From Massalongia carnosa (Eukaryota): a stretch of DNA of 64,000 bases. The notes under the pieces were generated by a model. It was not told where the DNA came from. It made no database searches and worked only from the letters and a program-made list of their open reading frames with translations. The stretch covers positions 744,001 to 808,000 of the forward strand of contig OZ287083.1 of NCBI GenBank assembly GCA_965645245.1. The letters run 5' to 3'. Shown one piece after another: positions 49,401 to 62,100 of the stretch; the stretch's first letter is position 1; each line of letters opens with the position of its first letter. The translations under genes were made by a program, and so were the position numbers.

Positions 49401-50288
49401 CCCCTTTTTTGATGACTCAATGACTTACTTAATGTCAGCAGAAGCAGTGACAGTAGACGCAGCGGACTCAGTAGTCGTCCTTTCCCCGGCCCGCGCTAGC
49501 TCAGTGCTAGAACCAGGTGCTGAACGTAAAATTGCTGATTATGGCCCTTCCGGCCCACGTGTAGATGACTCAATTGCTGACTCAGTGTCAGCTGACTCGA
49601 TAGCGGTGATGACAGGTGCCGAAGACACGGCAGAACGGAAAGCGGTGGCGGGTGACGGTAGTGTGTTGGACGGTGCAGACATGAACGGTGTAGACGGTGC
49701 AGACATAGTGACCGGTGGTGACACGGCGACTGCTAGAAAAATAGGCAGCGATTCTGGACAGTTTGTATGTGCCACATAGGTCTTTTGTGCCCATATTTCG
49801 CGAACAATTCCTCCATGCTCATGTATGACCTTATTGATACAACCGAGGCAGTTGATAATGACACTTACGGTGCTGATAAAATAACAGACGATGCCCTCGA
49901 CACGGAGATACACCAGCTATTTTGCTGTCGCTTTCTCGGCAGATTACGACGTTGTCGCTTGTTCAGAGGTGAATTTGTAGATGAAGATGAAAGTGAAGAT
50001 GAAGGTGAACTAGTGATAGACGTGAACGACTCGAACGACTCGGACGACTCGGAGGTCGAAACAGAGTCTCTTTTGCTAGGCCTGCCACGTTTCGTTCGTC
50101 TTCGCTGACGTGCTTGCTTCACTGATGACGGAGTAGGTGCAGTCAAACTAGTCCTGTAGGTCACGGTCGCATGATTGGCCCAAAAGCAGAAGGTGCAGCA
50201 CGAGATCATGGCCATCAGTGCAGTGAACAGAACGACTAGCCGGTCCTAGAAATGGACGTCTGGAACGCATGCAGTCGGTGAAACGGTA

Positions 50289-51769
50289 ACGTATTAGCCA
50301 CCCATTCGGGCCAGCCACCCAATCGGGCCACCCCTCAAAATCTAGTAGCCGAATCTTAATCTTTTCCTTCCAATCCACCACTATCACTCCTTTATCGATA
50401 AACTATAGATAAAATGCCTAATAACATACCCGTACATGACTCTGCTACTAGATTACACTTGGCTATTGAAGAAATACGCAAAAACCCGGGCATTTCGCCG
50501 CGGGAGATAGCGCGCATTTACAGAGTTCCCTGATCGACCTTACAGGCCAGTTTTCAAGGCAGACGTGACGCAAAAACCTCCCATGAGGCCACTCAAAGAC
50601 TATAAGTAGAAGAAGAATAGGATTTGATCATGTGGATAGATCGGATGACTGCATGGGGTTGGCCACCTAGTATTCAACACCTTGAGGGCATGACCAAAAG
50701 TCTGCTGGAAGCAAAGGGGACTCAAAACCCCTAGGACATCATTGGTATAAAACTATCATGAATAGACATCCCCAGTTCAAAACTAAAGTTAAAAGAAACT
50801 TGGATCAATCCAGAAAAGACGCAAGTCATCCCTGTAACGGTTCGACCATGCGTGGTGCGGACGGCAGGACCTACAGCGAACATAGCGGGAGTCCCAGTTA
50901 TAGTAGAATAGAGGTTGGTCTGCGGACTAAGTATTGTGCCTTTTAGTCGGGAGGACAGGTGGCGCAATGGTAGAAATCTATTCACTATCTCGCTTCGTCA
51001 CAATCCCAAAATCCTGAAGGAATGGTTTGAACTGTACATGACTACCCGAGCAAAGTGTGGAGTCGCAGATGAAGATATTTACAATATGGATGAAAAGGGT
51101 TTTGCCATGGGCATTGCGGATAGTTCTAAAGTGATAGTCAAGAGGGAAACAACCTCATCAATATCATGAATGCATGGCGGGGGGCAGGTCTTATTCCATA
51201 CAATCCCGAGCATGTTTTAGGCAAACTGCCTAGATCTATCATTCCTTCACCTCGCAAAATCGTTACCACTACCCTCACAACGAACAAACGCATTCAGGTA
51301 GCTAGCGATGCTTTGTTAACCCGTGTAACTCCATCTCTCGCGCGCATGTTGAATTGCTTCAAACAACCGCATTGAATCCCGTGGCTGATAGAGTTATTCT
51401 ACGGCATTTCAATCAGGAACTATTTGAAAAACAGGCTCAGCGACGCCAAAAGGCGTCTAGAAAGGGGTGCGATAAAGTGAGGGTGCTAACTGTGGATGAG
51501 GAGCTGGCTAAGATCGAGGAGAAACAGCAAAAAGAGGAGGCATTTGCCAGAGAAAAGGAGCGATATCATGCTTTAAATGGTAAAGTGAAGTTCGCAAAGG
51601 CCGTCTGGAAAGAAATGCGTATGGATAGTGATATTTTTAGTTAATTTTGGGGATGGTAGAAGCATCGTGGTGATGTTGTTTTCCTTTTGGTGGAAGGGGA
51701 TAATTGGCCAGGATATTTTTTATGAGGTGGCCCGATTAGGTGGCTGGCCCGAATGGGTGGCTAATACGT
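50289..51769 (+). mobile_element. Fot1/pogo-like DNA transposon, internally deleted
   Basis: ~45-bp TIRs starting ACGTATTAGCCACCCATTCGGGCC, TA TSD. HTH region and YNMDEKGFAMG jump directly to AWRGAGLIPYNP, so the DDE core is missing. Confidence 0.92.
50833..51002. repeat. Short solo LTR (170 bp), copy 2, inside the Fot1-like element
   Basis: TGTAACG...CGTCACA, TSD ATCCC. Confidence 0.9.
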
Positions 51770-52879
51770 TAACAGTAGCGGTAGCGGAGGTCGAAAAGGT
51801 AAAAAAGCTGATAGGGGCCATAATGCTTGATTTGATGTGGAAGGACTCGATCGTGCACGGTCGGAGTTGGAGTAGTCAGAGTAATCAGAGGTGCAAAACA
51901 AGGAGGTTTTTTCGACGTTTGATGCTCAGTTCAACCGCTCAATTGTACCAGTACAATCATATATCGCACCGTGGTCGCCAATGAAGAAGGGTAGTCATGC
52001 GTGCTAATAGAAGATGGTGGTACTTGATAATAGATAGCGAACTGAGCAGTAAACACACATACATACACATAAACGTCTGAATGGACCTACGACTGCATAG
52101 ACATAAAAAGAACTCGACGACTAAACGACTGAACGACTAGTAAATGCACGAAATGAACCTGTGTCGATGACTACGTGACACGATTATGATGATAACAGCG
52201 TAGGTGATAGAAGATGATGTCCGGAGATAATAAAGAAAACGCAAGCAAAAAACCCGTTTATCCCCATACAGGCCTGCCATGTCACCTGATAATAGATGAC
52301 ACATGTCGCCCCACCACAATATCATCTTATAAAGTAAAAGAATTGCTTGCAAGAAAGAGCTTGATTATGAAGATTTAATATTTAAAAAATCTTTGAGTAC
52401 TATTATGAAATTAGTAGATCTCTTGAATATCGAGCGAATCTATTTAAGATAGATTCTTTGAAGATCAGAGACAAAACTACAATCAGAAAGCTCAAGGCAA
52501 GAAGAGATACACACCTCAAAGACGAGAGTCTGTCAAAAAACATGAAAAATTCATGTTATTCGAGTTCCGCTCTCTTTGAAGCCCAAATCACTTCTTTCAA
52601 AAAAAAATTTCAAAGCCGCTTCCGGAATATGAGATTTTCTCTTCTGGATACGAAAGCCTTTTTAAGCCGCTTTTTACGGAATATAAGTTTTTCTTCCGAA
52701 TGCAGGTATAGAGACAGATAATTCGGGAAATAAATAAATGAAAAATGATTAAAGAAAGGGATCACAGTCTAGTTTTTTCTTAATAGGAGTTTACTTGTCA
52801 TATCCTACATCTATTATCTATATTTCTTGTGTCATAAGAACTCTTTAGATATCAATCTAATTTGTCTATTTTACACTTA

Positions 52880-54073
52880 TCAACTCGCAATATCAAATTC
52901 TCTTCAGAATAAAGTCCTGTTATTAGAGAAAGCTGAAGACTATTCACAATTAGCATCCCATACGGAAGCACTTTTAAAGCAAAAGACAGTATCTTTGCTA
53001 TTCAAGACAATATAACAGTTATCTTATATCAAAAAAAATCAAGCTTAAATGCTTCGGAATAGGATTCACTGATGCATATATCAAGGATGAACAGATCTTT
53101 ACTAAAGTCGGAGCGGACTTTGAAAAACAGAATCATATTATGCTCAAGGCCGAAGGGATCATCCAAATGCGAGTCGCTCAACAGTATCATACTCTTCTTT
53201 CATTCAAATTAGCCGGTAAAATGTGGAGAACTTTGAGAACAAAGTTTCAAGATATTGCATCTATGAGCATTATCGACATTCTTTACAACACGAGCTTTAA
53301 AAGAATGACGGAGTATAAAAGCGCTGTTAAATATTGCGCAGAATATGAAAATGCATTAAACTCTATAAAGGCCATGATAGAAGAGAACTCGGAATTGAGC
53401 AAAAGGGGTGCAGAACAAGTTCTTCAAGGATATTTGTTACGGAACGTTTCTGATGTCTACCTACCTCTTATAGCTCAACTTCATCGCGACTGGCTTACTG
53501 GCAAAGCAAATCTCACTGTTGCGTGCAGAGCAATTACCTCTTATTCTGTCAATATATTTGACAAGAAGGCTTTTCATATCAACGTTTCCAGTGTAAACGA
53601 TAAGACACCGCCAGGAACTTGCACTTTTTCGGAATGTATATGTAAAAGAACAACCGCTCATACACCAGAAAGACGCTGGCAAAAGTATCCTGAGAAACGA
53701 CCTAAATTTCCATTAAAGTCTATGAAAACAAGTGGGACACAAACCTGTTTCAAAAATTGAAACCTCATCAATATCTTTTACCATAAAAAATGTGTCAACG
53801 ATACATAGTTGACTAATATCGGTTATGACTACTAGGCTGCCGAAGGTTATGACCATGACGAATCTCAGCAGACATTCCTGGCTTTTGGATAGTACCGCAG
53901 ATATGCACGTATATAACAACAGATCTTCTTTCGCTGACTATATAGTTTATCCTACAGACCTGGTAGGCTATACTTCTAATAGTACTTCGCCAGGAAGGGG
54001 AATAATTCGTATAACGTTAGCATCAGAAGATGACACATCTTCGTCAATATTTATCCTTAATAACGTTCCATAA
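52880..54073 (+). pseudogene. Copia gag-protease relic related to the 15.9-kb gag
   Basis: LLEKAEDYS, MWRTLRTKFQDIASMSI and YCAEYENALN parallel the other copia gag. Protease motif WLLDSTADMHV. Confidence 0.8.
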
Positions 54074-54329
54074 TTTCTAGTAAATCTTGTCAGTCTTATA
54101 TTACTCAATCAAATCATGGAAGTCTTCTTGTAAAATCGAATTTCAAATCGTAAAGTCTAAAGAAACAGTAAAATCAAGTTATTATTCGACTTTGTCAAAA
54201 ATTCAATCAATAAATTCCGATAAATCACGAATATTACTTTATACGGATAGATCAAAAGTCGAATTTGCAACTTCTGCAGTCACATTTGCACTAATTATGC
54301 GAAGTTGGAACAATTTTATTAATGATTTC

Positions 54330-57300
54330 TGTCACGGTTCTACTCGGCACTACTTCGGTAGACAGGAGCGGAACAAGCCACAAGACGAAGTCACGGGATC
54401 GCGCGTGCGCGCTAGACTTATCGCGGCATTCACGGTTTCCATAGCTGGTCAATGCTCGAACCTTCTAGATCCTTCCACGAGTCGGTTGAGGGCTAGGGGC
54501 CGCTGGACTATTATGGTGGCGAGATTTGTCTTTCAATTGTTCTTTTCTTCTTCATCTTGATTTTATTCGTTTCTAGCGTCCCTATAACTTGTCTCTAGGT
54601 AGATTATAACATTACAATCAAGATCATTTACCTTCGCTATCCTTCGTGAGGGATTTAAAAGAACTCACCTGAACCACGAAGACACTGAAAAGAAACCGAA
54701 CCAGAACCAAAACGAAGAACCGAAACGAAACCAGAAGAACCAGAGACCGCCATTGCGTTGGCACCGAACCGAACCGAACCGAACCGAACCGAACCAACCC
54801 CAGAAATCGAACCTAGGAGAACCGAAGGAAGCCTCCCCTACAGTGATGGCGCGACCTATGATAATCGAAGATGACCTCCCAACTAGACGGGAGTCTATCA
54901 TTCCAGAAACCCGAGAAACTGACGACGAACTAGAAGTAGCTGAACCTATGATAGTGGAGAACGTGCGACAATTGAAGGCATGGATAGAGCATGACCCAAA
55001 AGCAGTATCCGAAATGTTCCAGGATCTGAAGGCCACCTACCTCGACAATCTCATCCGCCATGGTAACGCGGTCGGAAAGATGGAATGTTTTCGAGATAGG
55101 ATAAACCAGCTAGAGGGAATTGTGGAGTACCAGAAGGAGGAACTCAGGGAGGCACGGCGTCAGGTCACCAAGGAATCAACCCGAGAACCACCACGTCCTC
55201 GCTCTCCTTCTCGGACACCAAGCACCCGACGGCATAAGCGATAAAAAGAAGTCAATGAAACTCCCTGACCCTCCCATTTTTACTGATGGAAAAGAGATTT
55301 CTATTGACCATTGGCTGACAAAGATGCGGAGCAAATTAGCGGCCAACGAGGACCACATGCCAACAGAAGTACTGAAGAAGGCGTACGTAGAGAACCGAGT
55401 CGGAGGAGAAGCCATGGGGCACCTGGAACCCCGACTCCGAAAAGGTGCAATTCGCCCTTTTGTGACGGCGGAAGAAATGTTCGACTAATTAGAACGCATA
55501 TACGGCGACCCTAACCGCAAGCGGACCGCCATGAACAATTTCCGATCGCTCAAACAAGGAAGCAAGGACTTCAATACCTTTTGGGCTGAGTTCCAACGTC
55601 TAGCAGCTGAGTTGGACCATAACGAGGAAACGCTAATCGGTAAATTGAAGTATAAGCTCTCTTAGGAAATGAGCAGACAATTGGCCACCGGCGACCTGGA
55701 ACCGACCGACCTATACGAATTCGCGCAGAAGTGTCAACGCCTTTACCAGAGCCTCAAGGAGTCGGACCGAAGTAAGGCTAGCATGGAACGGTTCGCCGAG
55801 AAACGTGCTAGCATGGCTCAGACCACCCCGAGCACCTCCGCTACAAGGACAACCACGACGGCCACTACCAAGACCTACGTGCCGTCCCGCCCGACCTCTA
55901 ACCCATCTACACCAAGGACCACTTACTACATGTCAGACGAGGAAAAGGAGCGACTGACAAGGGAAGGTCGTTGTTTCTTTTGCAAGGAAACGGGACATTT
56001 ATCTAGGGACTGCGAAAAGAAGAAGAATCGGCTAGCAAGAATACAGGAGATAGCTGAGGAAGCCGATTCGGGAAAAGAATAACCTCCACCGAAGGTGCGG
56101 ATGGAGGTGAACCTTTGTTGATTTCATCTAGCTGTTTACCAGGCGATTTGTTTACGGATAAACCTCTAGTCATACAATTTAGGCTAGTTAACAGCGAAGA
56201 AATAAAAGTAATGGGACTGTTGGACACGGGTGCAACAGGACACTCATTCATGGATGAAACGACTGCGCGTGACGTGTGCGAAAAGCTTCAGATTTCCCCT
56301 CAGAGACTAACACGACCGAAACCGGTGAAAGGGTTCGATGGTAAAAGAGGTAAAGACATTACTCATGCCATCTATCCTACTCTTACCGTGCAAGACCATA
56401 TGGAAACGGTCGCCCCCCTGTTGATCACCAAACTCGGACAACACAAGATGATTCTCGGAAAACTATAGATGAGGAAGCACGGGGTGATCATAGACATGGC
56501 CACCGACCCGATAGCCTTTCGGCCCGGACACTACACGCATTCGGATATATCGAAGCTACCATCAGAAAGAAGATAACGAAGACGACAAAAGAACCCGCTG
56601 AACCGAAGAAGGCCATGAAAATCCTGACCAGAATGAATCAAAACGAGCCTAGAAAAACCAGGCCAGAACCGGCAATTTCAACCAAGACGACGTCGAACAA
56701 GGGACTATCAGAAGGACTATCAGACTCCGGAATCAAGGTTAAACCGACTACCGAGGAAAAGCCGCTAGAGATGGCGATAATAGGGGCCGCTGCGTACCGA
56801 TTATTGTCCAAACAAAAGGACGTTGAATTATTTTCTATCTTATTGAAAGACATCGAGTACCAGCTGAATAAAGAAGACCGTCCCCCTACTGACCCGAAGA
56901 CAGTAGTTCCCCCAGATTACCATGAATTCCTGGATGTCTTTTCAAAGGCTGCATCCGACACATTGGCACCTCACCGCCCCTATGATCATCGAATAATTCT
57001 GGAAGGCGGAAAAGATCACGGACATAGCCCTCTCAGAAGCATGTCCTAAAAAGAGCTGGAATTCGTCAAGAAATACCTGGAAGAGAACCTCCAAAAAGGG
57101 TTCATTGAGGCTAGCCACGCAGCTTGTTCGTCCCCAATTCTTTTGGCCAGAAAGCCCAATGGAGGACTTCGCTTTTGTGTCGCCTATAGAAGGATGAACC
57201 AGCTGTCAAAGAAAGACCGCTATCCAATCCCGCTGATCGAGGAAACACTAGCCCAGCTGAAGGAAGCTAAGATCTTTTCAAAAATTGACATCCGACAGGC

Positions 57301-59160
57301 GTTCCACAAGCTCCGAATGGCCATGGAATCTGAAGACCTGACCACGTTCAACTCCCGTTTTGGCGCTTATAAATACAAGGTATTACCGTTTGGACTTTCC
57401 GGAGGACCGTCGACCTGGCAGCACTTCATCAATGATAGGTTGTTCGATTATCTGGACAAATTCTGCACGGCTTACCTGGATGACATTCTGATTTATAGCA
57501 AGAATCTAAAAGAGCATCGAGAACATGTGCGGGCCGTTTTGACAAAGCTTCGAGAGGCCGGACTTCAGGCTGACGTAGACAAATGTGAATTCCATATGAC
57601 GGAAACGAAATATCTGGGACTGATCATAGGAGTTGATGGCATTCGTATGGACCCGGCCAAAATCAAAGCTATTCAGGAATGGGAAACCCCCACCTGCCTA
57701 CGTGAAGTTCGGTCGTTCATTGGTTTTTGCAATTTCTATCGTCTGTTTATCAGGGGTTTTTCAAAAATTGCCAAACCATTGAACGCCCTTACAAAGAAAG
57801 AACGGATATTCGAGTGGACCCCAGCATGTGAAAAGGCTTTCAGGACGTTACAGAAACGGATCGGTGAAGTCCCAATCCTCATACATTTCGACCGGAACAA
57901 GCAGTGCTACTTGGAAACGGTCTCTTCGGACCACGTCAATAGAGGTGTGTTGTCCCAGATAGGAGACGACGGGGAACTTCACCCGGTAGCCTTCTTTTCA
58001 AAGAACATGAGCCCAGCGGAATGCAACTATGAAATCTATGACAAGGAAATGCTAGCAATCATTCGATGCTTTGAACAATGGAAGCCGGAACTCGAAAGCA
58101 CGGAGTTACCAGTAAAAATCTTCACCGACCATCGTAGCCTGGAGTATTTTATGACCACGAAGAAACTAACTAGACGGCAAGCCCGATGGGCGGAGTTCCT
58201 TTCGGAGTTCAATTTCGTCGTCACCTACCGGCCTGGAAAGAAAAATGAAAAAGCAGACGCGCTAACCCGAAGGCCAAACGATAAGCCCCACGACGATGAT
58301 AATAAAAGGCAGCAGCACCAACTGCAGACGCTACTGCCCCCGGAAAGATCGGAACTTCAGCCTATTGAAGAAGCGACGGAACCAAAATAAACGACACTGA
58401 ACGATGAACCCGACCCCGAACTCCCGACCCTCGACGAAAGAAATAAACAGGAAAACCTCGAAGACGAACTCTGCACCCGAATACGAAACGCGATAAAGGA
58501 AGGAAACCCTGATGACGACTCTCTACCGGATATAAAGAACTGCACAGAGAAGAACGGACTGCTATACAAACGAAAGGGCTTATGGGTGCCGGACAAGAAA
58601 GAGACCATCCTAGAGGTTATTCGGCAAATACACGACCAAGTGGCGGTAGGGCACCCCGGAATAGCCAGAACGGTGAATGTAATCGGCCGGAACTACTATT
58701 GGCCAGGCATGAACAAGGACATACGCCGCTATGTGCGAAATTGCCATGTGTGTCGACGAGCCAAGGCCCCAAGGGACAAGTATAATGGACTGCTGAAACC
58801 GCTACCCATACCAGAAAGACCACGGATAGACATCACCCTAGACTACGTTACCGGCCTCCCGAAGACCAATGGAAATGACGCCATCCTGATGGTAGTAGAC
58901 CGACTGTCCAAAGAGAGATACTATATCCCATGCATATGTGATGAAGAAGGAACTACGTCCGAGGCCACAGCATAACTCCTAGTGGACAACGTATAGCGCT
59001 ATCATGGATTCCCAAGCAGCATAGTATCGGACCGGGGCCCCCAATTCACATCAACAGTTTGGAAAGCTTGGTATAAAATCCTTAGAATCATAGCGAAATT
59101 GTTCACAGCCTATCATCCAGAAACAGATAGACGAAGTGAAATCACGAATCATGAAATAGA
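54330..59160 (+). mobile_element. Ty3/gypsy element (Gypsy-2): 5' LTR 54330-54611, gag to 56082, pol from ~56083, interrupted in integrase by Gypsy-3
   Basis: [57 protein letters not shown]. Scattered stops. Confidence 0.92.
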
Positions 59161-62100
59161 TGTCAGGACAGCTTCTTATAAGACATGAAGCTGTCGCACC
59201 CTTCTGCAGGGGGTGCGCTGGAAGACACCCATGCGATAGTCTCAACCGGTCCAATCATGTAATAGTAATTAGTTTGACGAACGTGGCCTGATCAAGGTGG
59301 GGCTATAGGATAAAGAGCCCTTCGCCTACCTCTTTCGGAGGGCCACTGATCAATCTATTGATTACACTCCACCTACTACTATTCTATAGCGACTCCTATT
59401 CTATTGTCCTACCACTACTGTAGAGCCATATAGTCACACTGTTCGTACTTCGCCTCACATATTGATCAGTCTTAAAACGAAGAACGGTCCGACTACGATA
59501 TGGCACCACGAGGTCGTCCTGCTGCATCTGCTAGAGGTAACCCCATTACCCAACCTGAAGGAACTGACGATTCTTCTACACCGCGTACCTCTAGCGAGGG
59601 GCCTGGTAATAACCAGCGACTACCAACTATAGAAGAGATGCAACAGGAGTTGGATGATATCAACGACCAGCGCGCCCGAGCCCAATTGGCAACTAACCTC
59701 GAAAAGGCCAGGGCCGAACGAGACGCTGGTTTCCCAACAGAACCTCCTACTATGACAATACCCATCAGAGCAAAGGAAGTGGACCCTCTTAGTCTCGAAA
59801 AGTCCTTTAAAGTTGCTGACCCTAAGCTTTACACGGGTACTAATCAGAAGGACTATGAGACCTTCATTAGAGAATGTCAACGGACGTTTGAGACTAAACC
59901 CATCACTTATGCGACTGACAGGGCAAAGATTCTCTATGCTGAGAACTTTATTGACGGCACCCCGGCGAATGACTGGCATCGCGAAAGACCAACCCCAGAC
60001 CAACCCTCCTATACGTGGGAACATATGACTCACTTTTTACAGGAGAAACTCAAACCCAAACACCTCCGACTATTAGACATCGGCGGTCAATTAAAGAAGC
60101 TTAAACAACGTCCGGGTCAATCCGTCTCGGAATTGGTTTCTTACTTGGAAACTCTCGAAGATCAACTACCGGAAAGGCCTTCAGAGTCACAAAAGCATAG
60201 TAACCTCTTAAATTCCCTACATGACTACTTGCAACGAGCTATTATTTGTGCCAACTCACAAGGCAAGAATCGTGTAGAGTTGATCGAAGCCGCACGAGTG
60301 GCCGAGCGAGTAGAGCCGAAACCCGACTTTCTTCGCACCACCTCTACTAGAACACAATCTCGTTCTGAAAATAGAGAGAGATCCTCACGGCCGTCGTACG
60401 CCCGGCGATCCTCTACCTATATGAGAACTATCTCTTCTAAACCCGATGAGCCCAAAAACGCTAACACGACACAGGCTGTTGTTACTCGGCCTAATTCCAA
60501 GAGGCCTCGTAAGAAAATTACGACAACTCTGGAATTACATGCTGGAATTGTAACAAGAAAGGTCACAAACGCTCCAAGTGTAGAGCACCATCTCGAAGGT
60601 CGGAAAAAGCCTAGAGCCAATCGATGTTGCCTCGATTGTTTTGGCTCGCAGACAAAGAGGTGAAACGGTAAAACATCTATTTACTGTAGTGATATTATAC
60701 ACTGACAAGGTACTTCTGCAAATACGCGCTATAATCGACTGCGGTTCTACTTGGAATTTCCTTTCCCAAATAAAGGTGAAGGAGGCTGCCTTACGAATCC
60801 CTGTCGAGTCCCCACCGCCGTCGGAGTTGAAGACACAGGATGGAACGCCTCTACAAACTTATCATAATCACACTCTACAAGTTGGAATCTTTGATGATAA
60901 GGGTGTAGAGGTACGAGCGGATCAAACATTCGTGGGTGCTGACATGTTTGGCGTTGATATGATACTGGGAATACCCTGGCTAGATCAGGTTGACCCGGTT
61001 ATCCGCTGGCATGAACGCAAATTGTTCCATGTTCGTCCATCGGAAAACGAGGACAGTCAGGCGTGTCTGCATGAGGTCTATGACCTTGAGACTCGTGAGC
61101 CTGTAGTCGAGCGGATACAAGTCCCTCGAAGTAATACTTCCAATAGTCATCCAGATATAGCGGTAGTGGACTCGCAGTGGATAAGAAGGCTGTACGTAGA
61201 AGAGGGAATACAAGCATTTCTTCTAAATGTTTAAGATCTCGACCAAACGGGAACAGTAATTGGTTCTGTGACTGAAGTACCAACTGAAATCCCTTCCAAA
61301 TATGCCGACTATAGTGATGTGTTCTCCAAAGAGAAAGCACATAAACTACCGGAACATGGACCTTATGATCATGCGATTGAGACCTAAGGAAACATTCCCT
61401 TCGGGCCTATTTATAATTTATCGCTGACAGAATTAAATGCACTCCGTGAGTATTTGGACGAGCAATTAGCTAAAGGTTACATAGTTCCAAGCAAGTCCTA
61501 GGCTGGAGCACCAATATTACTCGCGAAGAAAAAAGATAGTGGCCTGCGACTATGCGTCGATTATCGAGGTCTTAATGCAGTAACGATAAAAAATCGAAGA
61601 GCATGTAAATCACGTTCGAATGATACTCGAGAAGCTTAGGAAATATAATCTGCATGCGAAACTCTCCAAATGCCTTTTCGATAAGCCCGAGATTGAATAC
61701 TTAGGATTTATTTTGACTCTAACGGGCATAAGAATAGACCCCTCTCGTATAACGACGATAACAAACTGGCCAGAACCCTAAAATCATAGAGACGTACATG
61801 TCTTCTTAGGATTTGCGAACTTCTATAGACGATTTATAGAAGGATTTTCGCGGATAGTAACTGCCCTTACTACCCTTCTCAAAGGAGGAAAAAGGGGTAA
61901 ATTCGACGGCCAGTTTACGTTCACAAAGGAAGCCAAGGAATCCTTCGAAAAATTGAAACTTGTTTTCACGACTGCTCCCATGCTATTGCACTTCGACCGG
62001 AAGAGGAAAATCTAATTAGAAACGGACGCCTTAGGAGTCGCGATTTCTGCAATTATATTACAGTTAGTCGAAGAAACCGGACGCTGGCATCCTATCGCCT

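Larger units (their letters stand above)
42970..52318 (-). mobile_element. Non-autonomous LTR element with single unknown ORF, copy 2, carrying nested hAT, Fot1-like and solo-LTR insertions
   Basis: LTRs at 42970-48264 (split by hAT) and 51982-52318, 4-bp TSD ATAT, identical PBS at 51963-51980. ORF runs from ATG at 51821 to 48426. Confidence 0.85.

Noticed and set aside
54087..54329. Possible LINE RNase H fragment (LLYTDRSK)
   Set aside because: A single short motif in AT-rich decayed sequence is too little to call.
54690..54800. (CCGAA)n run and the ORFs over it
   Set aside because: Simple repeat in the Gypsy-2 leader; the antisense ORF is a by-product.
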